A DNA stretch of 64,000 nucleotides from an uncultured Spirochaetales bacterium. GTDB lineage: Bacteria; Myxococcota_A; UBA9160; UBA6930. Within the stretch, counting starts at the first letter, position 1, and each line of letters opens with the position of its first letter. Positions 36,723-45,513 of this stretch are shown piece after piece. Position numbers and translations under genes: made by a program. The stretch is taken from assembly GCA_964615365.1 (NCBI GenBank), contig CAZTOU010000016.1, positions 28,277-92,276 on the forward strand. Reading direction: 5' to 3'. Below the pieces are notes generated by a model. The model saw only the letters and a program-made list of their open reading frames with translations. It was not told the DNA's origin and searched no databases.

Positions 36723-39700
36723 CGGTGTCGCCTCCACCGGCGCGCGGCCCATCTGCGGATCAGCAGAGGGGCGAGCAGAAGCTGCGCCGCAATCAAGAAC
36801 CAGTGCAGATGTCCGAGGCCTGGGACCGAGGCGAGCCGCACCGGCGAGCAGCTCCCCGAGCTGGAGGACGTGGGTACGCTGGGGATGGATGCGAGGGCGG
36901 TTGAGCTGTCCGAGGTGAGTGCGCGACCCAGCGTCAAGGAGAAGCCGAGACCTGTCACCCCGAAGGCTGCCGCTGCCACCGCGGCGGCCAACGCCGTGGT
37001 GACGAAGAAGAGAGCGATGGCCGCCAAGATCAGGCCGAGGGCGGCGGCGCCCACCGCCACGACGGCCTCGGCATTTCGCCCATCCGGATCCGCGAACCAC
37101 ACAGGATTGCCCAGCGCATAGGCGTACTGGTTGACGTACTGGAGCACCGGATCCGGGGACAGGAAGCGGCCCACGGCGGGATCGTAGACCCTCGCGCCCA
37201 GAACCATCAACTCGCCGATCTGGGTGCGGCCCGCGAAGCGCACGAAGTCGTCGTCGGTGCCGATCACCTGGCGCAGCCCGTAGGCATCGTACTCGTAGTG
37301 GCTGTGGACCTCGCCGTCCTGGTCGCTCACGAACTTGACGTTGCCGCGGAAGTCCAGGTGGCGGTAGCGACGCTCGCCCGTGGCGAACTCCACGCGAACC
37401 TCTCCGAGATCGATCGCGCTGGGAATGCCCGCCGGGTCCGCCTGCACCCGCCCGCCGAAGAGCCAGCGGCTCTCCACCTCCATCACCACGGAGCGCACCC
37501 TGCGGTCCAGCGCGTCCCACTCGAAGAGGACGTCGCTCCCATAGGAGGCCAGCCGACCGGATGCGGTCCAGGTGAGGGGGACCCCCCGGCGCGAGGTGGC
37601 GAATCCCGCCTCGTCGTAGCTGTAGTCGATGGTTCCCGCCGCGAGAGTCGTCGCCGAGAGCAGGCGATTGCTCTCCGCGTTGTAGGTGAAGCTCTCGCCG
37701 AGGGCGGTCGACCCCAGGCCGTTGCTGAGCGCGTCGTACTCGTATGCACTGTGCAGGGTCTCACCGATCCAGAAGTAGACGCGCTGGCCGGCCACCGGCT
37801 CCTGGCCCGGCGTCCCGAATCCGGGTCCCAGCATGTACTCCTCGCTGGTGGTGGCGGCGACAGCTCCGAAGGTCGTGGTGAGGGCGGTGGCATGTAGCCC
37901 CGGCGCGAACGCCATCGGCCCCTCCCATGTGATCTCGGTCTCCTCCACCACCCCACCGGGACCCTCGGTCGTGGAGCCTTCCAGCTGGCCGTTCGACGGG
38001 TCGTAGCGGTAGAGCCGCACCAGACCGTTTCCATGGCTCGTCAGGGCGAGCTTCCCGTCCTGGTAGACGTGCTGGACCAGGAGGTGACCGTTGTCCGAGA
38101 GGCTCACCCGCCGATCGGCGAGATCGTATCCGTGATCGAACCAGCGGAGGAGCAAGTCGCTCGCCAGGACCTCGCGGGTCGTTCGGGAGCGCAGGTCGTG
38201 GGTCAGCAGCAGGATCTCTCCGTCCGGATACTCGACCTGTACGACTCGGTCCGCAGTGTCGTACGAGTAGAGCTCGACCCCACCGCGTACCGAGTCTTCG
38301 AGGCTTCGAAGCCGTCCCTCTGCGTAGCCCATGACCGCCGCGGACTCGATTGCGCCGTCGCGGAGATTGCGGATCGACACGACCCGACCCACCGCGTCGT
38401 AGTCGGCCTCCCGCCGCATCCCGTTGGCCAGCTCGGTCGCGGTGACACGCCCGGCGGCGTCGTACTCGAGGGTCGTCGAAGCCCAGGCGCCGTCCACCCT
38501 CTCGCGGATCCGTGCCAGGCGGCCCAGGGAGTCGTAGTCGAACTCGTCATCGCCTCCACCGGGACGCGCGATCCGCGTGCGCAGGCCGTCGCTGCGGTGT
38601 TCGATCTCGATGTACTGATCGGGATGCCGCGGGATGCCCCCGTAGGCCGCATCCGCCACCCGGATGCGACGGAGATTGCGGTCCTCGTCGTATTCGCGGG
38701 AGACGACCCCACCGAGCTCGGGAGTCACGCCGTGGATGCCCCGGAGCAGGTTGCCCACCAGATCGTACTCGTTCTCGATCTCGAGTTCGTCGGTGGTCAG
38801 CAGGGTCGGGTGACCGTGGGCGCCGTGGCCGTCGTACTCGACCACTCCGTTCGCGGTGGTGAAGGAGGCGACGGTCTGGTCGGACGCGTAGCTGTAGCTC
38901 GCCACGACCTCTCCCTCACCGTTCTCCACCGCCACCAGTCGGCCGGATCCGTCGTAGCTGCGCCGCTCTCGCAGGCCGATGCTGTCGACGATCTCGAGCG
39001 GGGCTCGCTCCAGGAGGGCCTCGCGATTCACCGCGGCGGCGGCATAGCTGAAGCTGACCACGTTGCCGGATGGCTGGATCTCGATGGCGACGTCGTCGTC
39101 TTGATGGCTCCAGCGGGTCGTCGCGCCACTCGGCTGGGTCTCCTCGCCGACCCGGAGTCCGTCCCAGGAGAGGTACAGCGCCTCCTCCACGTCCGTCGAT
39201 TCCCGCTCGCGGAGACGGCGCTCCCCGTCGTAGCGAAACCAGGTCACGTGGCCGAGCGGATCGATGTGCCGGGTCGCGAAGAGCCCGGCCTCGTTCTTGA
39301 CGTAGTAGTCGAACCGGTGGACCGGATGCTCCTCTCCGATCGCCCGTACCTCTCGTACGCGACGACCCCCGTAGAGGTACTCGACGCGCTCTCCCTCCGA
39401 GCTGACGATCGCACTGAGGTCGATCCCCGAGTACTCGTATCGGGTGCCCGGCCATCCGCGTGCGGTGTCGAGCCCGTCGCGAATCCCCGTCAGGCGATCG
39501 GCCGAGTAGAGGATCTCCGCGACTCGGCCGGCGCGATCGCTGATCGAGGCGACCTGCCCGTCCGGTCCATAGGAAATCTCGAAGACCGGCTCGCAGTCCC
39601 CGGAACCCATGCACTGATCGATCGCGACGGTTCGCGGCGCTCCCGCCACGATCCCTTGCAGGTAGGAGAGGCGCGGATAATCCGCGCTCGCGTAATGGAC

Positions 39701-40165
39701 GGCGCTGAGTCGGGAATCCGGGGCGAAATCGTAGGCGAGCCCTCCCTTGGTCTTTACGGTGTCGGCGTCGACGACCACCCAGACGGTTCCGGGAATCGCG
39801 TCTCCGTGCGCGAGGGCCCTGGTGTCATGGGAGGCGCCGGTCGGATCGACGAAGAGGGCCCCGTCGTAGCGGACGTCGAAGCTCCAGAGCCACCCCCGGG
39901 AGGCGGAGTTGTAGGCGGCACCGATCTCGCGGGTTCCGAGATGCGTGTCGATGCTGAGAACCGAACGTCGGACCAGCAGGTTTCCACCCAGGGGATTGAC
40001 GACTGCACCGGGAACCTCCAGCACGGCGCGCTCCTGGTACTGGGGCAAGCCGGCCGCCGGCGCCAGCTTCTTGGCCCTCGGCGGACAGCCCAGCGCCGCG
40101 ATCAAGGCGATCGACAGCACGGCGATCGCGCGATTCATCGGACTTGCGGAGTGCGGATTCCTCAT
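36719..40165 (-). CDS. RHS/YD-repeat protein with signal/lipobox-like N-terminus and an atypical hydrophobic, Cys-containing C-terminal tip
   Basis: 1148-aa ORF. N-terminus 'AIAVLSIALIAALGC'. Many YD repeats ('YDAAGRVTATE', 'YDAVGRVVSI', 'YDSLGRLARI'). The RHS core ends 'GRFLSPDP...GNPVWFADPDGR'. The 118-aa tip contains TM segments, an 'SSSSGSCSP' stretch and 'WFLIAAQLLLAPLLIRRWAARRWRRHR*'. GGAGAGGG upstream of ATG 40165. Confidence 0.9.
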   Translation of the reverse strand: MRNPHSASPMNRAIAVLSIALIAALGCPPRAKKLAPAAGLPQYQERAVLEVPGAVVNPLGGNLLVRRSVLSIDTHLGTREIGAAYNSASRGWLWSFDVRYDGALFVDPTGASHDTRALAHGDAIPGTVWVVVDADTVKTKGGLAYDFAPDSRLSAVHYASADYPRLSYLQGIVAGAPRTVAIDQCMGSGDCEPVFEISYGPDGQVASISDRAGRVAEILYSADRLTGIRDGLDTARGWPGTRYEYSGIDLSAIVSSEGERVEYLYGGRRVREVRAIGEEHPVHRFDYYVKNEAGLFATRHIDPLGHVTWFRYDGERRLRERESTDVEEALYLSWDGLRVGEETQPSGATTRWSHQDDDVAIEIQPSGNVVSFSYAAAAVNREALLERAPLEIVDSIGLRERRSYDGSGRLVAVENGEGEVVASYSYASDQTVASFTTANGVVEYDGHGAHGHPTLLTTDELEIENEYDLVGNLLRGIHGVTPELGGVVSREYDEDRNLRRIRVADAAYGGIPRHPDQYIEIEHRSDGLRTRIARPGGGDDEFDYDSLGRLARIRERVDGAWASTTLEYDAAGRVTATELANGMRREADYDAVGRVVSIRNLRDGAIESAAVMGYAEGRLRSLEDSVRGGVELYSYDTADRVVQVEYPDGEILLLTHDLRSRTTREVLASDLLLRWFDHGYDLADRRVSLSDNGHLLVQHVYQDGKLALTSHGNGLVRLYRYDPSNGQLEGSTTEGPGGVVEETEITWEGPMAFAPGLHATALTTTFGAVAATTSEEYMLGPGFGTPGQEPVAGQRVYFWIGETLHSAYEYDALSNGLGSTALGESFTYNAESNRLLSATTLAAGTIDYSYDEAGFATSRRGVPLTWTASGRLASYGSDVLFEWDALDRRVRSVVMEVESRWLFGGRVQADPAGIPSAIDLGEVRVEFATGERRYRHLDFRGNVKFVSDQDGEVHSHYEYDAYGLRQVIGTDDDFVRFAGRTQIGELMVLGARVYDPAVGRFLSPDPVLQYVNQYAYALGNPVWFADPDGRNAEAVVAVGAAALGLILAAIALFFVTTALAAAVAAAAFGVTGLGFSLTLGRALTSDSSTALASIPSVPTSSSSGSCSPVRLASVPGLGHLHWFLIAAQLLLAPLLIRRWAARRWRRHR

Positions 40166-40237
40166 TGGCCCTCTCCTGATTGTCGAAGGATCGGGGTGAG
40201 AAAGCGGGGACCGTCACATCGCGAGCGGGAGTGCAGA

Positions 40238-40855
40238 TCACCCATGCAGCGCACCCCCCGCGGATTCCCAGACCGAACGGAGATTCAGCCCCGCGTGCAG
40301 TCCGATGCACGCGGCTACCGTCCGGGAGACGCGGCGAAGGAGCGCCAGCAGCATTCCGACCAGGAAGCTCCCGAGCATCGGCCACGGTGTGAGATGGGTG
40401 ATCGCGAACAGCGCGCTGGTGAGAAGCGCCGCACCGCCCGTTCCCACCGGTGTCGCCGCGATGGCGTCGAAGAGGCGCTCGCGATAGAGCAGCTCCTCGA
40501 AGACCGGCGCGGCCAACACCACCGCGAACAGAAGGGAAAGGCCGGGAGCGGGCGAAGGGGCCAGCAGGCTCGGATCGAGCCCCAGCGCGAGGCCGGCCAG
40601 AGCGATCGCGCCGCAGAGGGAGGGATGGGCGGCGAATCCGAGCGCGCCCGCCAAGCCGAAGAGGACCGCGTGGCGCAGCCGAGGCCGCACCCGGAACGGA
40701 CGGCGCGTCGCGATCAGAAAGGCCGCGGCGAGGCTCATGACCACGAGCACCGCGGGCTCTTCGCCGACCCGCGAAGAGAGCCGGGATCCGCTCACCAGGA
40801 TCGTCCAGACCGCCAGCATCGCCAGAAGCGCGCGGAGCAACGGATCGTTCCTCAT
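40238..40855 (-). CDS. CPBP-family (CAAX/Abi-type) intramembrane glutamic endopeptidase
   Basis: Motifs 'EELLYR' (EExxxR), 'FAITH' (FxxxH) and 'HAGLN' (HxxxN) in a polytopic ORF. ATG 40855 overlaps the upstream stop as ATGA; the track ORF starts at 40870. Confidence 0.8.
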   Translation of the reverse strand: MRNDPLLRALLAMLAVWTILVSGSRLSSRVGEEPAVLVVMSLAAAFLIATRRPFRVRPRLRHAVLFGLAGALGFAAHPSLCGAIALAGLALGLDPSLLAPSPAPGLSLLFAVVLAAPVFEELLYRERLFDAIAATPVGTGGAALLTSALFAITHLTPWPMLGSFLVGMLLALLRRVSRTVAACIGLHAGLNLRSVWESAGGALHG

Positions 40856-41571
40856 CGCAAACCGACCCATGAGCGGGGGCGGGGGGGCCTAGATGCGGCC
40901 GCGGCCATCGCGGATCCGATCGCGACCCAGCCCATCCCCAGCACCTCCGGCGCGATCAGGGGTTCGCCAAGGGGAGACGGCGCGCGGAATGGCTCGATCG
41001 CCAGACGCATCGCCCCGAAACCATAGAGTGTCGCCGATCCGACCCATGCCCGCGGAAGGCGCCGCGTCCACGCGGCGAGGCCCAGGAGCCCCGCGATCTC
41101 GTAGAGCCGGGTCGGATGGTCTCCAAACCAACCCGCAGCCCCGTGACAGCATCCGGAGGCGATGCAGCCGAGTCGCGCCACCGCGAAGGCGTGGGGCAGG
41201 CTCCCCAGCGCCGCTCCGAGGTACCGCTCCCGCGCGACCCGCCCCCGCGGCAAGAGGGCGATGACCCCCAGAGGCGCGAACAGCACGCTGTGGCCGGCCG
41301 CGGGACGCAGCAGCGCCCGCGGATCCGCCGCCACGTCGTCGAGATGAAGTAGCGCCCAGCCGAGGTGCGCCGCCGCTGCCGCCAGGACCAGGCCGGCGAC
41401 GAAGCGAACCCCGCTCTCCGCCGGCCCTCCCCGGTGGAGGTAGTCGAAGACCGCCATCCAGAACGCGCCGCCGAGTGCGACCATGCGCCCGACCTCGGCC
41501 AGGGGTGGGTGCAGGTGGGCCGCGAACGCTGCGCTCGACGCCAGGGCCCAAAGCACGGTGCGGGCGCCCAT
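40852..41571 (-). CDS. Prolipoprotein diacylglyceryl transferase (Lgt) family protein, Cys-rich loop variant
   Basis: 239-aa polytopic ORF. 'ARLGCIASGCCHG' aligns with Lgt 'GRLGNFINGELWG', 'HPTRLYE' with 'HPSQLYE', and 'YGFGAMRLAIEPFR' with 'YGAFRIIVEFFR'. Confidence 0.7.
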   Translation of the reverse strand: MGARTVLWALASSAAFAAHLHPPLAEVGRMVALGGAFWMAVFDYLHRGGPAESGVRFVAGLVLAAAAAHLGWALLHLDDVAADPRALLRPAAGHSVLFAPLGVIALLPRGRVARERYLGAALGSLPHAFAVARLGCIASGCCHGAAGWFGDHPTRLYEIAGLLGLAAWTRRLPRAWVGSATLYGFGAMRLAIEPFRAPSPLGEPLIAPEVLGMGWVAIGSAMAAAASRPPRPRSWVGLR

Positions 41572-41710
41572 TGTTCCTTCCAGCGCGGGACCGGCGGATC
41601 GACTTCGGCCACTATATGCCGAGACGGGTCCTTGGGAAGACGGTTTGGCCGGCCGACTCCGGACGCCACCGCACGTCGCCGGACGACCGCGTAGGCATTA
41701 GACTGGCTCC

Positions 41711-42556
41711 ATGCAGCGGCGGATCGGACGAGCGAAGCTGGGTGACGTCGAGATCGAATGGGAGCGACTCGGATCGGGCGACCGCCCCTTCGTCCTGGTG
41801 CACGGATTCACGGGATCGCGGGACGACTGGGCCGACGTGCTCCCCGCCCTGGCAGAGCTGGGGCCAACGGTCGTCCTCGATCAGCGAGGTCACGGCGGAT
41901 CGACCAACCCGGGGACCCCGGAGGCCTACTCGCTCCCGCAGCTGGTCCTGGACCTCACCCGCTTCCTCGACGCCATGGGGATCGCGCGCTGCGACCTCCT
42001 CGGCCACTCGATGGGCGGGATGGTCTGTCTCCGCCTGACGCTCGCACACCCGGAGCGCGTCGCCTCCCTGGTGCTGATGGACACGGCGCCGGGACCGATT
42101 GGCGGCACATCCCGGAAGCTCGTGGAGGTCGGAGCCAAGATCGCGCGCGAGCAGGGGATGGTGAAGCTCTACACGGCGAAGCGGGCGCAGACGAGCCAGG
42201 ATCCCGAGCGGTCCGCCGCCTCCCGGCGCGCCGAGGAGAGGATGGGACCCGAGCGCTACTGGGAGCGGATCCGCGCCAAGTTCGAGGCGATGGATCCGGA
42301 GGCATTCATCACGCTGGGGAATCAGCTGATCGACCACGAGAGCGTGGAAGATCGACTCGGCGAGATCCGCTGTCCGACCACGGTCCTGGTCGGATCCGAG
42401 GACGCCGACTTCCTCGCGCCCTCACGCCGGCTCGAGGCGGGAATCCAGGGTGCGACGCGCATCGAGGTTCCCGGCGCCGAGCACAGCCCGCAGATCGAGA
42501 ATCCGGAGCTCTGGCTGGCGGCGATCCGTGACCACCTGGCTCGGGCCCGCGGGTGA
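41711..42556 (+). CDS. Alpha/beta hydrolase
   Basis: 281-aa ORF with 'FVLVHGFTGSRDDW', nucleophile elbow 'GHSMGG' and a C-terminal 'AEHSP'. Confidence 0.8.
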   Translation: MQRRIGRAKLGDVEIEWERLGSGDRPFVLVHGFTGSRDDWADVLPALAELGPTVVLDQRGHGGSTNPGTPEAYSLPQLVLDLTRFLDAMGIARCDLLGHSMGGMVCLRLTLAHPERVASLVLMDTAPGPIGGTSRKLVEVGAKIAREQGMVKLYTAKRAQTSQDPERSAASRRAEERMGPERYWERIRAKFEAMDPEAFITLGNQLIDHESVEDRLGEIRCPTTVLVGSEDADFLAPSRRLEAGIQGATRIEVPGAEHSPQIENPELWLAAIRDHLARARG

Positions 42557-43467
42557 GCCCACATCTCATGGCAGAATTGGTGGATCTCGAGCTCGGTCGG
42601 GTCACGGTGCTGTTCGGCGAAAAGCAGGGCAAGTATCCGCACGGGAATACCGTGGTGGTGCGGGGAACCGAGGAATCCCTGGTGATCGACCCCTGTCTCG
42701 GACTGATGCCCCGCCGGGATCGACTTCCGGCTGCCGACCGCGTCGTCAACAGCCACTGCCACGAGGATCACATCGCGGGAAACCACCTCTACCCCGAGGT
42801 CCCCTGGCACATGCACCAGGCCGACGCACCGGGCATGAGATCCCTCGACGACTTCATGGCGATCTACGGCTTCGACGACGAGGCGGTCGATCGCGCCTTT
42901 CGCCCGATGGTGTTGGAGCAGTTCCACTTCGCTCCGCGTGCGAACATGGCGACCTTCAGCGGCGGCGACGTCTTCGAGCTGGGCCGATGCCGCGTCCGCG
43001 TGATCCACACCCCCGGCCATACTCGGGGCCACTGCTCCTTCCACATCGAGCCGGACGATGTCCTCTGCCTCGGGGACATCGACCTCTCGAGCTTCGGCCC
43101 CTACTACGGAGACGCCTGGGCGGACCTGGAAGCCTTCGAGGAGTCGCTGGCAAAGGTGCGAGAGATCGACGCCCGTCACTACGTGACCTTTCACCACGTC
43201 GGCGTTCTCGACGATCCGCGGGCCTTCCGCGAGCGCCTCGACCGCTTCGCCGCCGTGATCCAGGAGCGAGAAAGGCGTCTGCTCGCCTTTCTCCGCGATC
43301 CCCACTCCCTGGAGGAGATCGCCGAGCACCGCTTCGTCTACCGCCCGGGAGACCCGGTCCCGTTTCTGGCGTGCGTGGAACGCCGCAGCATGGTGCAGCA
43401 CCTAGAAAGGTTGGTTGGACGTGGCGGGGTGCGGGAGACGGAGCCCGGGCGCTTCGTCGCCGTGTAG
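42553..43467 (+). CDS. MBL-fold metallo-hydrolase
   Basis: 'NSHCHEDHIAGN' (HxHxDH) and 'HTPGHTRGH'. The GTG start overlaps the upstream stop as GTGA; the alternative is ATG 42568. Confidence 0.8.
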   Translation: MSPHLMAELVDLELGRVTVLFGEKQGKYPHGNTVVVRGTEESLVIDPCLGLMPRRDRLPAADRVVNSHCHEDHIAGNHLYPEVPWHMHQADAPGMRSLDDFMAIYGFDDEAVDRAFRPMVLEQFHFAPRANMATFSGGDVFELGRCRVRVIHTPGHTRGHCSFHIEPDDVLCLGDIDLSSFGPYYGDAWADLEAFEESLAKVREIDARHYVTFHHVGVLDDPRAFRERLDRFAAVIQERERRLLAFLRDPHSLEEIAEHRFVYRPGDPVPFLACVERRSMVQHLERLVGRGGVRETEPGRFVAV

Positions 43468-43481
43468 GCGGGTCAGGAGCC

Positions 43482-43895
43482 CTATTCCGGCTCGAAGTCC
43501 AGGGAGGCCGAGTTCAAGCAGTAACGCCGCCCGGTGGGATCCGGACCGTCCGGGAACACGTGGCCGAGGTGGCTGTCGCAGATGGCGCACACCACTTCGG
43601 TCCGGATCGTGCCGTGGCTGGTGTCGGGGATCTCCGAAACGCTCTGGGAATCGATCGGGGCCCAGAAGCTCGGCCACCCGGTTCCCGAGTCGTACTTGGT
43701 CCCCGAGTGGAAGAGCGGCTCCCCGCAGCAGACACAGCGGTAGGTACCCGCGTCCTTGCGGTCGTAGTGCTCACCGCGAAAGGCCGGCTCGGTCCCCTTC
43801 CGTCGGCACACCGCGTAGCGCTCGGGGCCGAGCTGCTCGAGCCAAGCCGAGTCGGTCTTCTCCACCCTTCGACCCATCTCGCCTCCCCCGATCAC
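43482..43895 (-). CDS. msrB: Peptide-methionine (R)-S-oxide reductase
   Basis: 137-aa ORF with 'CVCCGEPLF', 'GTGWPSF', 'CAICDSHLGHVF' and 'RYCLNSASL'. Confidence 0.9.
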   Translation of the reverse strand: MIGGGEMGRRVEKTDSAWLEQLGPERYAVCRRKGTEPAFRGEHYDRKDAGTYRCVCCGEPLFHSGTKYDSGTGWPSFWAPIDSQSVSEIPDTSHGTIRTEVVCAICDSHLGHVFPDGPDPTGRRYCLNSASLDFEPE

Positions 43896-44146
43896 TCGAC
43901 ACAGGTGCGCAGCGCCGATACGACGGCCGTCAGCACGGCCATCGCCACCCAGATCGCCATCTTGGGCCCCCTGGCGATCGGCTCACCCTCTTCCACCGGG
44001 CGATCCGGATCGAACTCCTCGCCCGCCGACGCCGCCAGGCTCCCCTTCAGGAGGGGCGCCCCGCAGTGCACGCAGTAGCGGGTCTCCGGGGCGAATGAGG
44101 TCTGGCAGGCGCCGCAGTGCGCCTCGTAGACGATTTCCTTGCTCAC
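43892..44146 (-). CDS. Small zinc-ribbon protein with a C-terminal TM helix
   Basis: 84 aa: 'CGACQTSF...YCVHCGAP' followed by 'MAIWVAMAVLTAVVSAL'. Its stop overlaps the msrB start. Confidence 0.5.
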   Translation of the reverse strand: MSKEIVYEAHCGACQTSFAPETRYCVHCGAPLLKGSLAASAGEEFDPDRPVEEGEPIARGPKMAIWVAMAVLTAVVSALRTCVE

Positions 44147-44212
44147 GAGTGAAAGGATACGCGCTCACCGCTGGGGCACAATCGGGGACCCTCGCGCGGG
44201 CTGCCTCGCCTC

Positions 44213-44836
44213 ATGCCGGTCGCAGAAAGAGCCGATAAGGCGAACCAGATGCTGGTCAAGGTGATCGCCGCGCTCCTGCTCCTCGCCGGGGCCTATCAGT
44301 GCTGGGACAACCGCGAGGTGTCCCAGCCGGCGGGGGTCCTGGCTCCCCGTCCGCCCATCCAGACGGCGATCGCGAAGCCCGAGCCCTTCGAATTCAAGGG
44401 CTACCGGATCACCCCCCTGGCCTCGTTCGAGATCGAAGCGCGGGTGCTGAGTCGCGAGCGATACCGCCTTGGCCGGGAGGCGGATCTCTCTCCCGTCGAC
44501 CTCGCCCTCGGGTGGGGTCCGATGTCCGCCCAAAATGTGATCGACGACCTCAAGATCTCCCAGAGCAACCGATACTACCGCTGGCGCACCGATCGCCTCC
44601 CGATTCCGGCCAACGCGATCTCCCGCCACAGCGCGAACATGCACATCGTTCCCGCGGCCGATGCCATCGAGGATGAGCTGATGAAGATCCGCAAGGGCCA
44701 CGTCGTTCGTCTGGGGGGCTACCTGATCCAGGCGAAGGCTCCGGACGGCTGGAAATGGCGAAGCTCCCTCACCCGCACCGACACCGGCGGCGGCGCCTGC
44801 GAAATCGTCCTCGTGAACCGCATCGCCGTTCTCTGA
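44213..44836 (+). CDS. Membrane-anchored hypothetical protein
   Basis: 207-aa ORF with high GC3 and an N-terminal TM helix 'VKVIAALLLLAGAY'. I recognise no family. Confidence 0.5.
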   Translation: MPVAERADKANQMLVKVIAALLLLAGAYQCWDNREVSQPAGVLAPRPPIQTAIAKPEPFEFKGYRITPLASFEIEARVLSRERYRLGREADLSPVDLALGWGPMSAQNVIDDLKISQSNRYYRWRTDRLPIPANAISRHSANMHIVPAADAIEDELMKIRKGHVVRLGGYLIQAKAPDGWKWRSSLTRTDTGGGACEIVLVNRIAVL

Positions 44837-44906
44837 GCCGGCCGGCGTCCCCATCTTCTCTCCGCTTCGGGCGATCCGGGCTACCATCGTGCGGTGAGAC
44901 CACGAC

Positions 44907-45509
44907 GTGTCGCGCAGAGGAGATCCCATGTCCGGCAACGAAGAGTCCCGCTCCGCGGGCGATCTGTTCCAATCGAAGCTCGCCGAGCGTCTTCTCGACG
45001 CCCGCAACATCCTGATCGTCGGTGAGATCACCTCGAAGCTCGCCCAGCAGATCACCGCCCAGCTCCTCGCCATGGCCTCGGTTTCCGACGACGACATCAC
45101 CGTCTTCATCCACACCGAGGGCGGCCACGTGGAGGCCGGCGATACCCTCCACGACATGCTCCGCTTCGTGAAGCCGCGGGTGAAGATGGTGGGCACCGGC
45201 TGGGTGGCGAGCGCCGGCACGCACATCTACCTCGCCGTTCCCCGGGAGGATCGCTTCTGTCTGCCCAACACCCGCTTCCTCATCCACCAGCCCCGGGGAG
45301 GCATGGGCGGACAGGCGGCGGACATCCGCATCGAGGCCGAGGAGATGCTGAAGACGCGCGAGCGCCTCAACCAGCTCATCGCCGATGCCACCGGTCAGCC
45401 CCTCGAGAAGGTCCAGGCGGAAACCGAGCGGAACCATTGGATGTCGTCCGAGGAGGCCCACGAGTACGGAATCGTGGGGACCATCATCGAGAGCGCCGAG
45501 GAGCTCTGA
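44907..45509 (+). CDS. clpP: ClpP-family protease subunit with an apparent Ser-His-Asn triad
   Basis: 'GWVASAGTHI' (Ser), 'FLIHQP' (His), and 'ETERNHWMS' where canonical ClpP has 'DTDRD'. No clpX or clpA is adjacent. The alternative start is ATG 44928. Confidence 0.8.
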   Translation: MSRRGDPMSGNEESRSAGDLFQSKLAERLLDARNILIVGEITSKLAQQITAQLLAMASVSDDDITVFIHTEGGHVEAGDTLHDMLRFVKPRVKMVGTGWVASAGTHIYLAVPREDRFCLPNTRFLIHQPRGGMGGQAADIRIEAEEMLKTRERLNQLIADATGQPLEKVQAETERNHWMSSEEAHEYGIVGTIIESAEEL

Positions 45510-45513
45510 TGCG

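Noticed and set aside
38033-41026. 997-aa ORF on the plus strand
   Set aside because: It is antisense to the RHS, CPBP and Lgt-like genes. It has low-complexity Arg/Gly/Asp composition and no motifs. The YD-repeat reading on the minus strand is unambiguous.
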